Notes: generated by a model not told the origin, from the letters alone. A DNA stretch of 64,000 nt from an uncultured Anderseniella sp. (GCA_947488295.1 CANKYU010000001.1:854183-918182); one strand, 5' to 3'; shown: positions 21,158-31,406, numbered from the stretch's first letter. Program-made: numbers and translations.

Positions 21158-21165
21158 GAGCACAC

Positions 21166-21615
21166 ATGGCCTACTCAGTCCGGGTATTGCAGGCAGATGA
21201 CCAGCCGCGCTGGCGCGAACTGTTCGATGGCTATTTACGGTTTTACGAAGCTTCGGTACCGGAAAAGACCATTGAACTGACGTTTGAACGCCTGCTTGGC
21301 GATGGCGAATGGGATCCGTCCGGCCTGGTGGCAGTCAATGATGAAGGCCGCATCGATGGCATCACCCATTACGTGTTTCACCGCTCGACCTGGTCACCAA
21401 CGGTCTACTGCTACCTGGAAGACCTGTTCGTGGACCCGGCAGTGCGCGGTGGTGGTGCAGGGCGCGCATTGATCAATGCTGTCTATGATGCTGCGGACGC
21501 AAAAGGCGCAACGCGCACCTATTGGGCCACCCAGGAATTCAACTACAAGGGCCGTATGCTGTACGACAAGGTCGGAACCAAATCGCCGTTCATTCAATAC
21601 CGGCGACCGGTTTGA
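21166..21615 (+). CDS. GNAT-family N-acetyltransferase
   Basis: 149 aa; acetyl-CoA-binding block VRGGGAGRALINAV. Confidence 0.75.
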   Translation: MAYSVRVLQADDQPRWRELFDGYLRFYEASVPEKTIELTFERLLGDGEWDPSGLVAVNDEGRIDGITHYVFHRSTWSPTVYCYLEDLFVDPAVRGGGAGRALINAVYDAADAKGATRTYWATQEFNYKGRMLYDKVGTKSPFIQYRRPV

Positions 21616-21695
21616 GACATGCCGTGTGCCTTGCATTGCAGGGTATGAGTAAGGCACATTGGACCAGTGAAGTCGGACGTTATGCAGGCTGGGAA

Positions 21696-22982
21696 ATGAT
21701 ACGGGTTGCAGACAGGCACGGATGGGCGCGAAAAGTGGCGGGAATCGCTGCGCTGCTGGCGACGATTGTGTTGCTTGCGGCCTGTTCAGCCAGCCCCAAC
21801 CAGCCGTTCTCGAAATCGTCTCTGGGTGACGGAGGGTCCGGGCGCATCCCGCCTACCATCGCCATCATCGCGATGAGCGGTGTACCGCCTGACCGGGCCG
21901 GTGTGCTGGCCGATGCACTGGCCGAAGAGGCAGGTCTTCGCGACATTGCCATCGTGCAGGGCAATTTTTCTGACGGGTACCAACTGGCGGGAAACTTTCA
22001 GGCGGTGTTTGAAGGTGGCGGTGTCCGGGTTGTCTACAAATGGATATTGACCGGCAATACCGGGGGTGAACTGCACAGGATCAACGGGCAGGAACTGGTG
22101 GCGGCACCCAATGCTGATCCCTGGGCAGGCGTGTCCGACATCATTATCAAACGCATGGCCTCGGTCACCGCCGAAAGCCTGTCCACCCGCCTGGCGCAAC
22201 TGGGTTTCAGGGTCAGGCAGGCAGGGGTACTGCCGCCGACCCACACATTCGCACAAGCCGGTCCGGGCGCTGAAAAAGAGGTTGATCTGGAGACCTATTA
22301 CGGGTCCGGATCGCCGCTCGCATCAGCAGAGATTACGCCGGACGAGCTGTATTCGATGACGCCGGAAGAGCTGGATGAGCGGCTCACCGTTGTGGCCCAG
22401 AAGCAGGCGCAGGAGCGGTTGCGCGCTGCCGGCGTAGGGTCGCTTGACGAACTGATGGGGGAAGAAGATGAGGCTGGCACATCAGGCAAAGCGTCCAGGC
22501 AGGCGGATCGGTCAAGGCGCGCAGCTGGTCGTGAGCAACTTGCAACGGCGCAACCGGCGCCGGACGCGAAAACCGATGTGGACGACACGCAGAGACTTGC
22601 TGATACGTCTGCCCGGGGCGGCATAGACAAGGTGGCCCTGGTCGGCGTGACGGGATCCCCCGGGCGTGGCAACGACGAGCTTTACCGGGCCATGCGCAAG
22701 GTGTTGCGCGATGCAGGCTGGCCGGTGGTCGAAAAGCCGGGCAAGACAACCCTTTCGATTTCCGGCCGGGTTGCACTCGCAGCACCGAAATCCGGCGTGC
22801 AACAGGTGAAGCTTGCCTGGGCCGTCACCCTGCCGACAGGCAAGGTACTGGGGACCGTGCGCCAGGCCAATGACGTTCCTGCGGGCTCGCTCAACAAGGG
22901 CTGGGGCCAGACAGCGGGCTATGCGGCAGAAGCCGCTGCTGAAGGTATTTTCAACCTTGTTGAGCAAGTGCGCAGCAAATAA
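21696..22982 (+). CDS. Hypothetical lipoprotein with internally duplicated ~100 aa domain separated by an acidic/disordered linker
   Basis: Lipobox LLAAC|S after a positively charged N-terminus; start chosen at MIRVADRH (track ORF from 21522 overlaps GNAT gene). Confidence 0.5.
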   Translation: MIRVADRHGWARKVAGIAALLATIVLLAACSASPNQPFSKSSLGDGGSGRIPPTIAIIAMSGVPPDRAGVLADALAEEAGLRDIAIVQGNFSDGYQLAGNFQAVFEGGGVRVVYKWILTGNTGGELHRINGQELVAAPNADPWAGVSDIIIKRMASVTAESLSTRLAQLGFRVRQAGVLPPTHTFAQAGPGAEKEVDLETYYGSGSPLASAEITPDELYSMTPEELDERLTVVAQKQAQERLRAAGVGSLDELMGEEDEAGTSGKASRQADRSRRAAGREQLATAQPAPDAKTDVDDTQRLADTSARGGIDKVALVGVTGSPGRGNDELYRAMRKVLRDAGWPVVEKPGKTTLSISGRVALAAPKSGVQQVKLAWAVTLPTGKVLGTVRQANDVPAGSLNKGWGQTAGYAAEAAAEGIFNLVEQVRSK

Positions 22983-23144
22983 GCGGTATTTGCGGGTCAA
23001 AACTGTCATCTTCATGTGGAATTGCGGAAATCTGTGGTTGGCAGAACGCTATCCAAGGTTGTAAGAAGCTTGTGATAAGGGCTGGATCAGCTGGAATTCC
23101 CGCACCAAGCAACCGGGAACCGGCGTCACAGGGCGAACGTCGTA

Positions 23145-24089
23145 ATGAAACTCGTTTCGGGTAATTCCAACCGGCCATTGGCGGAAGCCATTGCCGCCTA
23201 TCTCAACCTTCCTTTGACCAAGTGCTCGGTGCGGCGATTTGCCGACATGGAAGTGTTTGTCGAGATACAGGAAAATGTCCGCGGTGAGGATGTCTTTGTG
23301 GTGCAATCCACATCGTTCCCGACCAACGACCATCTGATGGAACTGCTGATCATCACAGATGCCCTGCGCCGGGCGTCGGCCAAACGGGTGACGGCGGTGG
23401 TGCCGTATTTCGGCTATGCCAGGCAGGACCGGAAACCCGGCCCCCGGACGCCGATTTCGGCGAAACTGGTCGCCAACATGATCGAGCGCGCCGGGGCGGA
23501 CCGGGTGCTGACCATCGATCTGCATGCCGGCCAGATTCAGGGGTTCTTCGATATCCCGACCGACAATCTTTATGCAGCCCCGGTGATGGTGCGCGACATC
23601 AAGGACAACAAGGACAAGTTTTCAGGCACCGAAGTGTGCGTTGTGTCGCCTGACGTGGGTGGCGTGGTGCGTGCGCGTGCTCTTGCCAAGCGTATCGGAG
23701 CGCCGCTGGCCATCGTCGATAAACGCCGCGAACGCGCCGGTGTTTCGGAAGTCATGAACATCATCGGCGAGGTGTCGGGCATGTCCTGTATCCTGGTGGA
23801 TGATATCGTCGATTCAGGTGGTACCTTGTGCAATGCGGCCGAAGCGCTGCTGGATGCAGGCGCGACCGATGTGTCGGCCTATATCACCCATGGTGTGTTG
23901 TCCGGCGGTGCCGTGGCGCGCATTACCGCCTCCAAACTCAAGCAACTGGTGCTGACTGACAGTATCCAGGCAACGGAAGCAGTGCGTGTGTCGCGCAATA
24001 TCCGCGTCATCACCATGGCAAGCCTGATCGGGGAAGCCATCAAGCGTACCGCACTGGAAGAATCAGTGTCCAGCCTGTTTGACGACTGA
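23145..24089 (+). CDS. prs: Ribose-phosphate pyrophosphokinase (PRPP synthetase)
   Basis: Full-length match to Prs layout ([20 protein letters not shown]..., PRPP-binding loop DDIVDSGGT). Confidence 0.95.
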   Translation: MKLVSGNSNRPLAEAIAAYLNLPLTKCSVRRFADMEVFVEIQENVRGEDVFVVQSTSFPTNDHLMELLIITDALRRASAKRVTAVVPYFGYARQDRKPGPRTPISAKLVANMIERAGADRVLTIDLHAGQIQGFFDIPTDNLYAAPVMVRDIKDNKDKFSGTEVCVVSPDVGGVVRARALAKRIGAPLAIVDKRRERAGVSEVMNIIGEVSGMSCILVDDIVDSGGTLCNAAEALLDAGATDVSAYITHGVLSGGAVARITASKLKQLVLTDSIQATEAVRVSRNIRVITMASLIGEAIKRTALEESVSSLFDD

Positions 24090-24113
24090 TGCATCGACTG
24101 CCAGTCTGGTGGA

Positions 24114-24722
24114 ATGAGTGCTTCCATCATCTACAGCGAGACAATTTCTGCCGGTGCGCCATGGTCACGGGTGATCAGGAAGGCTGACCGGTTGCGTATT
24201 GTTGATACGCACGGGGCACAAGCCGTTGATTTCCTGTGCTATTGTGCCGAGGATCCGGCAGAGCGCTATCATGCGCCCAATACCATCAAGAAGGCAGGCA
24301 GCATTGTGCTGACTGCCGGCCATGCGCTGTATTCCGACAGGGCGCGCAAACTGTTCTCGATCGAGGAAGACAGTTTCGGCGGCCACGACACCATTGGCGG
24401 TTGCTGCTCGAAGCCGTCCAATGAAATGCTCTATGGCGAGGGCAATGATGGCTGCCGGGAAAACTTTCTTACAGCACTTGCCTCGCATGATTTGGGCTGG
24501 AAGGACATTGTGCCGAACATCAACTGGTTCATGAGCGTGCCGGTGAATACGGCAGGCGCGGCGCACGTGGCGCCGGGGGCATCACAGGCGGGAGACTTTG
24601 TGACATTGCGCGCGGAGATGGATGTGCTGGCAGTGATCTCCAACTGTCCACAGGTGCTGAACCCGTGCAACAATTTCAATCCGACAGACATTGCAATCCA
24701 GGTGCTGGCGCCTGAGAACTGA
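24114..24722 (+). CDS. DUF1989-like (urea-carboxylase-associated family) protein, tentative
   Basis: 202 aa, Cys-rich blocks (FLCYCAEDP, GGHDTIGGCCSKP); assignment by recollection only. Confidence 0.35.
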   Translation: MSASIIYSETISAGAPWSRVIRKADRLRIVDTHGAQAVDFLCYCAEDPAERYHAPNTIKKAGSIVLTAGHALYSDRARKLFSIEEDSFGGHDTIGGCCSKPSNEMLYGEGNDGCRENFLTALASHDLGWKDIVPNINWFMSVPVNTAGAAHVAPGASQAGDFVTLRAEMDVLAVISNCPQVLNPCNNFNPTDIAIQVLAPEN

Positions 24723-24837
24723 AAATCCCCGGACGCCTGTTCAGGCACCCGGGGCAGTTTCAGGGAGGTTTACTCACTCACGGTTGTTCAGATGTCCTTA
24801 CTTTCAGGACAAAACCAGTGAAGGGCCAACATGTCTC

Positions 24838-25731
24838 TTAGTTTATGACACCTGTGTCGTTGACGCATCCAATTGCAAAGTCTGGTGTATCAAGGGTTGC
24901 GCCCTGACGATCAACCGTCAGGCGGTCGCCGGAGAATGAATAGGATGTTCCGACCATGATGGTGTGATCATCCAGATCCTCTGTAAATGCGCAATTGTCG
25001 CGGAATGTACCCCGATAGCCGAGGTAAATCGGAGTGTCGCCGATGACCGGCATGCCTGCCAGCACAAAGTCATAGCGCGCCTTCACCGAAAACGCTTCCA
25101 TGTCACCAAAAGCACCGATGTTGTAGTCCATGTTGATGTAGGTACCTTCCAACTGGATACGGCTGTCGTTGGTCAGGAAGTAGCGCACGACGCCACGGGC
25201 AAAAAATCCATCGTCAAGACCGAAGAAGTCGTTGGATGTTTCGACATAACCGCCTTGGCCATACAGGGTGAAATTGTCGATATAAAACTGGGCTTCAGCG
25301 CCGACAAAGCGATGGTCCTGACGGAAACTGCTGCCGAACCCGATGCTGGAATCAACAGATCCCATGCCGCCAAACGCGCCAAACAGGCCACGGGAAGGGT
25401 CACGCCAGCTGGCGTGAGTGGCGAACTGGTAGGAGAAACGCGGTCCAAATACATCAATGTCAGCCGGAGACTCCGTAGCATTGGTGTTGTATTCGTATTT
25501 GACGTCCGTCTGGATTGACAGGTTGTCGCCAAGCGGCAAGCTAAGCAGGCCTTCGCCGCCATTGGTGAAGACGGTATCGTCTTCGACGCCATCGTCGATG
25601 AACTGGACGCCGGCCCAGCTGTCCACAACGCCTGATACGATCAGCCCCATTTCACGCTCGTAATCGGCGGCATTGACCGGACCGGCAAACGCAAAAAGCG
25701 CGACAGATGTCGTCAAAAGCAACTTTTTCAT
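24838..25731 (-). CDS. Outer-membrane beta-barrel/porin-like protein
   Basis: Signal peptide MKKLLLTTSVALFAFAGPVNA, alternating amphipathic beta-strands rich in Y/F/G/D; start at MKKLL rather than track start. Confidence 0.55.
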   Translation of the reverse strand: MKKLLLTTSVALFAFAGPVNAADYEREMGLIVSGVVDSWAGVQFIDDGVEDDTVFTNGGEGLLSLPLGDNLSIQTDVKYEYNTNATESPADIDVFGPRFSYQFATHASWRDPSRGLFGAFGGMGSVDSSIGFGSSFRQDHRFVGAEAQFYIDNFTLYGQGGYVETSNDFFGLDDGFFARGVVRYFLTNDSRIQLEGTYINMDYNIGAFGDMEAFSVKARYDFVLAGMPVIGDTPIYLGYRGTFRDNCAFTEDLDDHTIMVGTSYSFSGDRLTVDRQGATLDTPDFAIGCVNDTGVIN

Positions 25732-26068
25732 CGAAATAACCCCTGCAATAAAACAACTGACTTTATAATAAGCAGATTCCATCGTTGCCGCACAGTCACG
25801 TTTGAGCGGTATACGCGTTTTTTTGAAAAGTGTGACATTTGAGCCACAGTGCGTTCACGGATAGCCTGTGCTGGCAGTGTCAGCCATGATGCTTGATATT
25901 TGGTGATACGGTACATGTTGCGCACCGGCGCTGCTTTATGTATAAGCCCGCCATCCGTTGCCGGGCTCGTTCACCCCTGGAGGAGATCCCTGGCCGGATA
26001 CAGGTTGGCGCATCAATGGTTGATGCGCCGTGTATTTTTACCACTTGCACGACAGCAGGAGACAGACG

Positions 26069-26749
26069 ATGGCACAGACAGCCACACTGAACGCTTCGGT
26101 GCGCGAACGGGCCGGCAAGGGGGCCGCCCGTGCAGTCCGCCGTGAAGGCCGCGTACCCGCCGTAATCTATGGCGACAAGAAAGAACCCCAGACAATATCC
26201 ATGGACTACCGTGAATTGATGAAACAGGTGCAGACGGGTCGTTTCCTGTCAACACTGGTCGATATCGATGTTGACGGTACCAAGGTCCGCACGATCCCGC
26301 GCGATGTGCAGTTTGATCCGGTTCGCGATTTCGTCGTGCACGTTGACTTTCTGCGGCTCGGAAAGGGCGCGCGTATCGCGGTTGAAGTTGCGATCAACTT
26401 CCTCGGCGACGAAGACAGCCCCGGCCTCAAGCGCGGCGGCGTGCTGAACGTGGTCCGCCATGCCGTTGAAATCATGTGTCCGGCTGATGCAATCCCGGAA
26501 AGCTTCGACATGGATATTTCCGAGCTGGATATCGGCGATGGTTTGCACTCGACCGACCTGACATTGCCCGAAGGCATGGCCTTTACCATCACTGATCGCG
26601 ATTTCACCATTGCGACCATCTCCGCACCGTCCGGTGGTGCCGATGAAGATGAAGAAGACGATGCAGTTGAAGGCGAAGAAGGTGCTGAAGGCGAAGAAGG
26701 TGAAGGCGGCGAAGCCGCTGCCGGCGAAGGTGAAGGCGGCGAAGAGTAA
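26069..26749 (+). CDS. rplY: 50S ribosomal protein L25 / general stress protein Ctc, with Glu/Gly-rich acidic C-terminal tail
   Basis: RBS aggaga; L25 N-terminal block (RERAGKGAARAVRREGRVPAVIYG); start at MAQTATL. Confidence 0.9.
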   Translation: MAQTATLNASVRERAGKGAARAVRREGRVPAVIYGDKKEPQTISMDYRELMKQVQTGRFLSTLVDIDVDGTKVRTIPRDVQFDPVRDFVVHVDFLRLGKGARIAVEVAINFLGDEDSPGLKRGGVLNVVRHAVEIMCPADAIPESFDMDISELDIGDGLHSTDLTLPEGMAFTITDRDFTIATISAPSGGADEDEEDDAVEGEEGAEGEEGEGGEAAAGEGEGGEE

Positions 26750-26803
26750 TCTCTTTGCCGAAACTTTGCTGTTCGGTTCGGCTGGTTGCGAAATGAGGCA
26801 CTC

Positions 26804-27523
26804 ATGCTGATTATCGCGGGACTTGGAAATCCAGGCACCAAATATGCCGGTCACCGACACAATATCGGTTTCATGGCGGTGGACGAAATCGTCCGCCGCC
26901 ATGGCTTTTCTGCATGGCGCAAGAAGTTTCAGGCAGAAGTATCCGAAGGCCTGCTCGAAGGCGAGTCAGTGCTGGTCATGAAACCGCAGACCTATATGAA
27001 CGAGTCCGGCCGAGCTGTTGGCGAAGCCATGCGTTTCTACAATCTCGGCGCGGAAGACCTGGTGGTGCTTTACGACGAACTTGATCTGGTTGCAGGCAAG
27101 GTGCGGGTGAAAACCGGTGGCGGCGCCGGAGGCCACAACGGCATTCGCTCGATCGATGCCCATTGCGGCAAGGATTATCGCCGGGTGCGCCTCGGTATCG
27201 GCCATCCGGGATCAAAGGACAGGGTTACCGGGCATGTGCTGGGCGATTTCGCCAAGGCCGATCGTGACTGGCTGGAGCCATTGCTGGACGAGGTTGCACG
27301 CAGTGCCGGACTGCTGGTCAAGGGCGACGACGCAGGGTTCATGAACAAGGTGGCGCTCAGTGTTCGTCCGGACGGAAAAGACAAGCCGGCACCCAAGGCG
27401 TCGGGCAAACAACAAAGTCACATACATCAGGCACGGGCAGCAGCGCGCAAGCCTGCATTGTCGAAAACCGGCCCCATGGCCGACATGCTGAACAGGCTGC
27501 TGGGCAAGAAGGACACGGAATAA
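26804..27523 (+). CDS. pth: Peptidyl-tRNA hydrolase with ~50 aa basic C-terminal extension
   Basis: [11 protein letters not shown]...HNIGF catalytic His block; start at in-frame ATG 26804. Confidence 0.9.
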   Translation: MLIIAGLGNPGTKYAGHRHNIGFMAVDEIVRRHGFSAWRKKFQAEVSEGLLEGESVLVMKPQTYMNESGRAVGEAMRFYNLGAEDLVVLYDELDLVAGKVRVKTGGGAGGHNGIRSIDAHCGKDYRRVRLGIGHPGSKDRVTGHVLGDFAKADRDWLEPLLDEVARSAGLLVKGDDAGFMNKVALSVRPDGKDKPAPKASGKQQSHIHQARAAARKPALSKTGPMADMLNRLLGKKDTE

Positions 27524-28621
27524 ATGGGTTTCAAGTGCGGTATCGTCGGGTTGCCCAATGTCGGCAAGTCGACCCTGTTCAATGCGCTGACGCAGACTGC
27601 AGCGGCGCAGGCGGCGAATTATCCGTTTTGCACCATTGAACCGAATGTCGGGGATGTGGCGGTGCCGGATGAGCGTCTTGTGCAACTGGCGGCAATTGCG
27701 AAGTCCGCCCAGACGATCCCGACCCGGCTGACATTTGTTGATATTGCGGGCCTGGTGAAGGGGGCATCGCAAGGTGAGGGTCTCGGCAATCAGTTCCTGG
27801 CCAATATCCGCGAGGTCGATGCCATTGCCCATGTGGTGCGCTGTTTCGAAGACGGCGACATCACCCATGTGGAAGGCCGCATTGATCCGATCGCCGACAT
27901 TGAAACCATCGAGACCGAGCTGATGTTGTCGGACATGGAGAGCCTGGAAAAGCGAATAGCCGGGGTTGAGAAGAAAGCGAAATCCGGAGAGAAGGCCGCA
28001 AAGGCCGAGTATGATTTCATGATGCGGCCGCTCGAGCTGCTGCGTGAGGGCAAACCGGCACGTGAGCTTGACATCGCGGATGACGAACAAAAAGCGTTCC
28101 GCATGCTGGGTCTGCTGACATCCAAGCCGGTGCTGTATGTCTGCAATGTCGAAGAAGAAGCGGCGGATGAGGGCAATGGCTTTTCCGAAAAGGTAAAAAC
28201 CTTTGCCGCGGCACAAGGCGCGCAGGCGGTTGTGGTGTCCGCCAAGATCGAAAGCGAAATCGCCGTGCTGGACCCTGATGAGCAGCGCGAGTATCTCGAT
28301 GCCATCGGACTGGCCGAACCGGGCCTGAACCGGGTTATTCGAGCCGGATACAAACTGCTGAAGCTGCTGACCTATTTCACGGTCGGGCCAAAGGAAGCTC
28401 GAGCCTGGACGGTGACCAACGGTACCAAGGCACCGGCTGCAGCAGGTGTCATTCACACCGACTTCGAAAAAGGTTTCATCCGCGCTGAAACCATTGCCTA
28501 TGATGACTTCGTCACATTGTCAGGCGAAGCAGGCGCACGCGATGCCGGCAAGATGCGGCTTGAGGGCAAGGAATACGTTGTCCTGGACGGTGACGTGCTG
28601 CACTTCCGGTTCAACAACTAG
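27524..28621 (+). CDS. ychF: Redox-regulated ribosome-binding ATPase YchF
   Basis: G1 GLPNVGKST, TGS domain C-terminus; 365 aa; follows pth as in many bacteria. Confidence 0.95.
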   Translation: MGFKCGIVGLPNVGKSTLFNALTQTAAAQAANYPFCTIEPNVGDVAVPDERLVQLAAIAKSAQTIPTRLTFVDIAGLVKGASQGEGLGNQFLANIREVDAIAHVVRCFEDGDITHVEGRIDPIADIETIETELMLSDMESLEKRIAGVEKKAKSGEKAAKAEYDFMMRPLELLREGKPARELDIADDEQKAFRMLGLLTSKPVLYVCNVEEEAADEGNGFSEKVKTFAAAQGAQAVVVSAKIESEIAVLDPDEQREYLDAIGLAEPGLNRVIRAGYKLLKLLTYFTVGPKEARAWTVTNGTKAPAAAGVIHTDFEKGFIRAETIAYDDFVTLSGEAGARDAGKMRLEGKEYVVLDGDVLHFRFNN

Positions 28622-28688
28622 ATCAGCCCGGCATGGGGCGAATTGAACCGGCAATCCGGATCTGGACGTCTCATCCGACATTGGCCCT

Positions 28689-29378
28689 TCACTGTGGCGT
28701 ACTTGGTTTGAATACAGCCAGCCCGCGGCCGCTTATGACAACAGTGTCCTCTGCTTCCGCTGATCTGCGATTTACCAGCGCTTCAAACTCGAAACGGTGC
28801 ATGTCGCCCAGTTGAGTGTTGCGCAGTTCAGCTTCGCTGACGGCTTCGCGCCGGATTTTCGCCAACGCCTTGTTGCGAAGAACACCTTTTGCCTTTTCCA
28901 GACCATCCTTCGACAACGAGTACTGCAGTTCACCAACACTGCGAGCCGGCAATTTGTTCAGCCTGGCCGCCACGGCAAGCGGATCCGTAAAGCCGGTCAC
29001 GGTCAGCAGAACCGTGACATCGCCAAAATACCCGAAGTTGTCGGAATCAGAACGGCGCTGGCGCAATTCCATGGCTGTGATGGTGACTTCGGCCACGCCC
29101 ATGCCGGCGGCCTGCGCCTCACGCGTGATATCGGTTTTCCTGCGCTGCAATGTGGTGATCAGGCCATCGAACGTCTCGTGCACCGAGCTGAACTTGAGGG
29201 AGACGGTAATCTGGTCGGTTCTGAACTCACCCTGCACGCTTGCAGCGGCTCGAATGGGCTGATCGCGGACCTGAGCCTGCCAGTTTTTGGTCGAGCGATC
29301 ATCGTTGTCTTTTGCAACTGCGGTATGCGGCAGGGCTGCCAGGATGGCAACGACCGCGGCTGCGGTGAGGGCTCTCAT
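28689..29378 (-). CDS. Hypothetical periplasmic protein
   Basis: Signal peptide MRALTAAAVVAILAALPHTAVA; no confident family assignment. Confidence 0.45.
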   Translation of the reverse strand: MRALTAAAVVAILAALPHTAVAKDNDDRSTKNWQAQVRDQPIRAAASVQGEFRTDQITVSLKFSSVHETFDGLITTLQRRKTDITREAQAAGMGVAEVTITAMELRQRRSDSDNFGYFGDVTVLLTVTGFTDPLAVAARLNKLPARSVGELQYSLSKDGLEKAKGVLRNKALAKIRREAVSEAELRNTQLGDMHRFEFEALVNRRSAEAEDTVVISGRGLAVFKPSTPQ

Positions 29379-29492
29379 TGTTGTCGGCCTCCTGTTGTTG
29401 ACCCACTGGTCATGCATGCTTGTCGCACGTAACCGCAGTATCGTTCAAATCAATCAAAGGCGGGTTTCCCGCCAGATGAACTATCCTGCCCC

Positions 29493-29999
29493 TTGACCGC
29501 AGCTCACGCAGGCCTGAAAACAACGTCCATGTCTGGGGATTTACTGCACTACGAAGACTTCAAGGTTGGTGATACGCGCACCTGTGGCGGGTTCGCCATG
29601 TCGGCCGACCTGATCCGTGAATATGCAGGTGAGTGGGACCCGCAGCCGTTTCACCTCGACGAAGACCTGGCCAACGCGTCGGTGCTTGGCGGTTTGTGCG
29701 CATCGGGCTGGCAGGTCTGTTCGATCATGAACCGGTTGATGGTGCTGGGCTATGCCAACCAGGCAGCCGGCATGGGCTCCTTCGGCGTCGAGCAGGTAAA
29801 ATGGATGAAGCCGGTCTATGCTGATGACGTCCTGTCACTGCGCTATACGGTGCTGGACAAACGGGTGTCATCCAAACGACCTGAAATGGGCATTGTGCGC
29901 ATGCGCTGGGAAGCCCTGGATCAGACCGGCAAACCCAAGACGGAGATGACCGGCACCAACCTGTTTCGGGTTCGCGCAGCGGGTGAGGGCAGGGTATGA
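29493..29999 (+). CDS. MaoC-like (hot-dog) dehydratase, N-terminal-half type
   Basis: 168 aa hot-dog fold blocks; first of two coupled MaoC genes. Confidence 0.7.
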   Translation: MTAAHAGLKTTSMSGDLLHYEDFKVGDTRTCGGFAMSADLIREYAGEWDPQPFHLDEDLANASVLGGLCASGWQVCSIMNRLMVLGYANQAAGMGSFGVEQVKWMKPVYADDVLSLRYTVLDKRVSSKRPEMGIVRMRWEALDQTGKPKTEMTGTNLFRVRAAGEGRV

Positions 30000-30496
30000 G
30001 CGGATACACCTCGATCTGGCTGGAAGACTTCGAGGCCGGCCAGCACGCGATCTATGGCGATTATCATTTTACCCGCGAGGCGGTAATTGACTATGCGCAG
30101 AAGTATGACCCGCAGGCCTTCCACCTGGATGACGAGGCGGCGGCCAGGACGTATTTTGGCAGGCTGGCCGCTTCCGGGTGGCATACGGCGTCTGCCTGCA
30201 TGAAGCTTCTGGCGCAGTATCACTTTTCGTTGCGTGATGCTGCGGCTGTGCGCGGTGACCCGCTGCCGGCGCTCGGCCCGTCTCCAGGCTTTGAGAACCT
30301 GCAATGGAACAGGCCGGTCTATCCCGGAGACACCGTGACTTTCGGCGGCACCATTACGGGCGCGCGCAAGATGAAATCGCGACCCGGATGGGGGCTTGTC
30401 ACACTGACGCCACACGGCCACAACCAGGATGGCGACAAGGTGTTTTCATACGATTCAACGGTAATGTTCGCGTGTCGCGGCAATACCGGAACATAA
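29996..30496 (+). CDS. MaoC-family (R)-specific enoyl-CoA hydratase-like dehydratase
   Basis: 166 aa, overlaps upstream stop (ATGA); hydratase motif region. Confidence 0.7.
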   Translation: MSGYTSIWLEDFEAGQHAIYGDYHFTREAVIDYAQKYDPQAFHLDDEAAARTYFGRLAASGWHTASACMKLLAQYHFSLRDAAAVRGDPLPALGPSPGFENLQWNRPVYPGDTVTFGGTITGARKMKSRPGWGLVTLTPHGHNQDGDKVFSYDSTVMFACRGNTGT

Positions 30497-30508
30497 AGGA
30501 ACCGACAG

Positions 30509-31261
30509 ATGAGCAAGGGTATCGCACTGGTAACGGGCGCAGGGTCGGGCATCGGCAGGGCATGTGCCATTGCGCTGGCAACCGATGGCTGGACTGTGGT
30601 CCTGACAGGCAGGCGTGAAAGCGCCTTGCAGGACACCATCTCCGAAGCCGGTGAGGGCGGTGCGCAGATGCAGGCCATAGCGTGTGACGTCACCGATCCT
30701 GCCTCCGTTGATGCGCTGTATGCGGGCATCGAAAGGGCAAACGGCCGGATTGATGTCGTATTCAACAATGCCGGCACCAATGTGCCGCCGCTCAACCTGG
30801 CTGACCTGACCTACGACCAGTGGCGTCAGGTTATCGGCGTCAATCTGGATGGTGCCTTCCTGATCGCCAAAGGGGCTTTCGCCATGATGCGTGACCAGAA
30901 CCCGCAGGGCGGCCGTATCATCAACAACGGCTCGATCTCAGCCCATGTCCCAAGGCCGGGATCGGCTCCTTATACGGCGTCCAAGCACGCCATAACCGGG
31001 CTGACACGATGCATTTCGCTGGACGGGAGAGAGTTCAATATCGCCTGTTCGCAGATCGATATCGGCAACGCGGCGTCAGCCATGACCGACGCCATGAAGA
31101 AAGGCGTACCGCAGGCAGACGGCAGTATGAAACCGGAACCGGTGATGGATGTCTCGAACGTGGCCTCGTCCGTGGTCTACATGGCCGGTCTGCCGCTGGA
31201 GGCGAATGTCCAGTTCATGACGGTGATGGCCACCAACATGCCGTTCATCGGGCGCGGCTAG
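30509..31261 (+). CDS. SDR-family oxidoreductase
   Basis: [10 protein letters not shown] Rossmann motif, NNAG, YxASKHA catalytic tetrad. Confidence 0.85.
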   Translation: MSKGIALVTGAGSGIGRACAIALATDGWTVVLTGRRESALQDTISEAGEGGAQMQAIACDVTDPASVDALYAGIERANGRIDVVFNNAGTNVPPLNLADLTYDQWRQVIGVNLDGAFLIAKGAFAMMRDQNPQGGRIINNGSISAHVPRPGSAPYTASKHAITGLTRCISLDGREFNIACSQIDIGNAASAMTDAMKKGVPQADGSMKPEPVMDVSNVASSVVYMAGLPLEANVQFMTVMATNMPFIGRG

Positions 31262-31400
31262 ATCAGGATGATATTTGGTTGAATCAGCCAAATATCATAA
31301 ACCTGATCGCTTTTAGGGTGTTAGAGCAACTTTATGGGTTCAGTTGAACCCATGTTGCTCTAGGGCGCCCTTCCGGTTTCCGGAAAGACGCCCTTGATTG
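31262..31400. repeat. Intergenic mosaic repeat (RIME-like), copy A: palindrome 1 (gatcag..ctgatc enclosing atgatatttgg/ccaaatatcat), palindrome 2 (ctagagcaac-ttt-atgggttca / tgaacccatgttgctctag), plus a GC hairpin gggcgcc..ggcgccc
   Basis: ~85% identical to 43020-43137 outside hairpin 1; lies between convergent genes. Confidence 0.6.
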
Positions 31401-31406
31401 TGAGTG

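Noticed and set aside
26610-26810. Basic K/A-rich 66-aa ORF overlapping the rplY acidic tail, in another frame
   Set aside because: A frame-shifted mirror of the GAA/GGC-repeat region encoding the L25 acidic tail; an artefact of the simple-sequence repeat.
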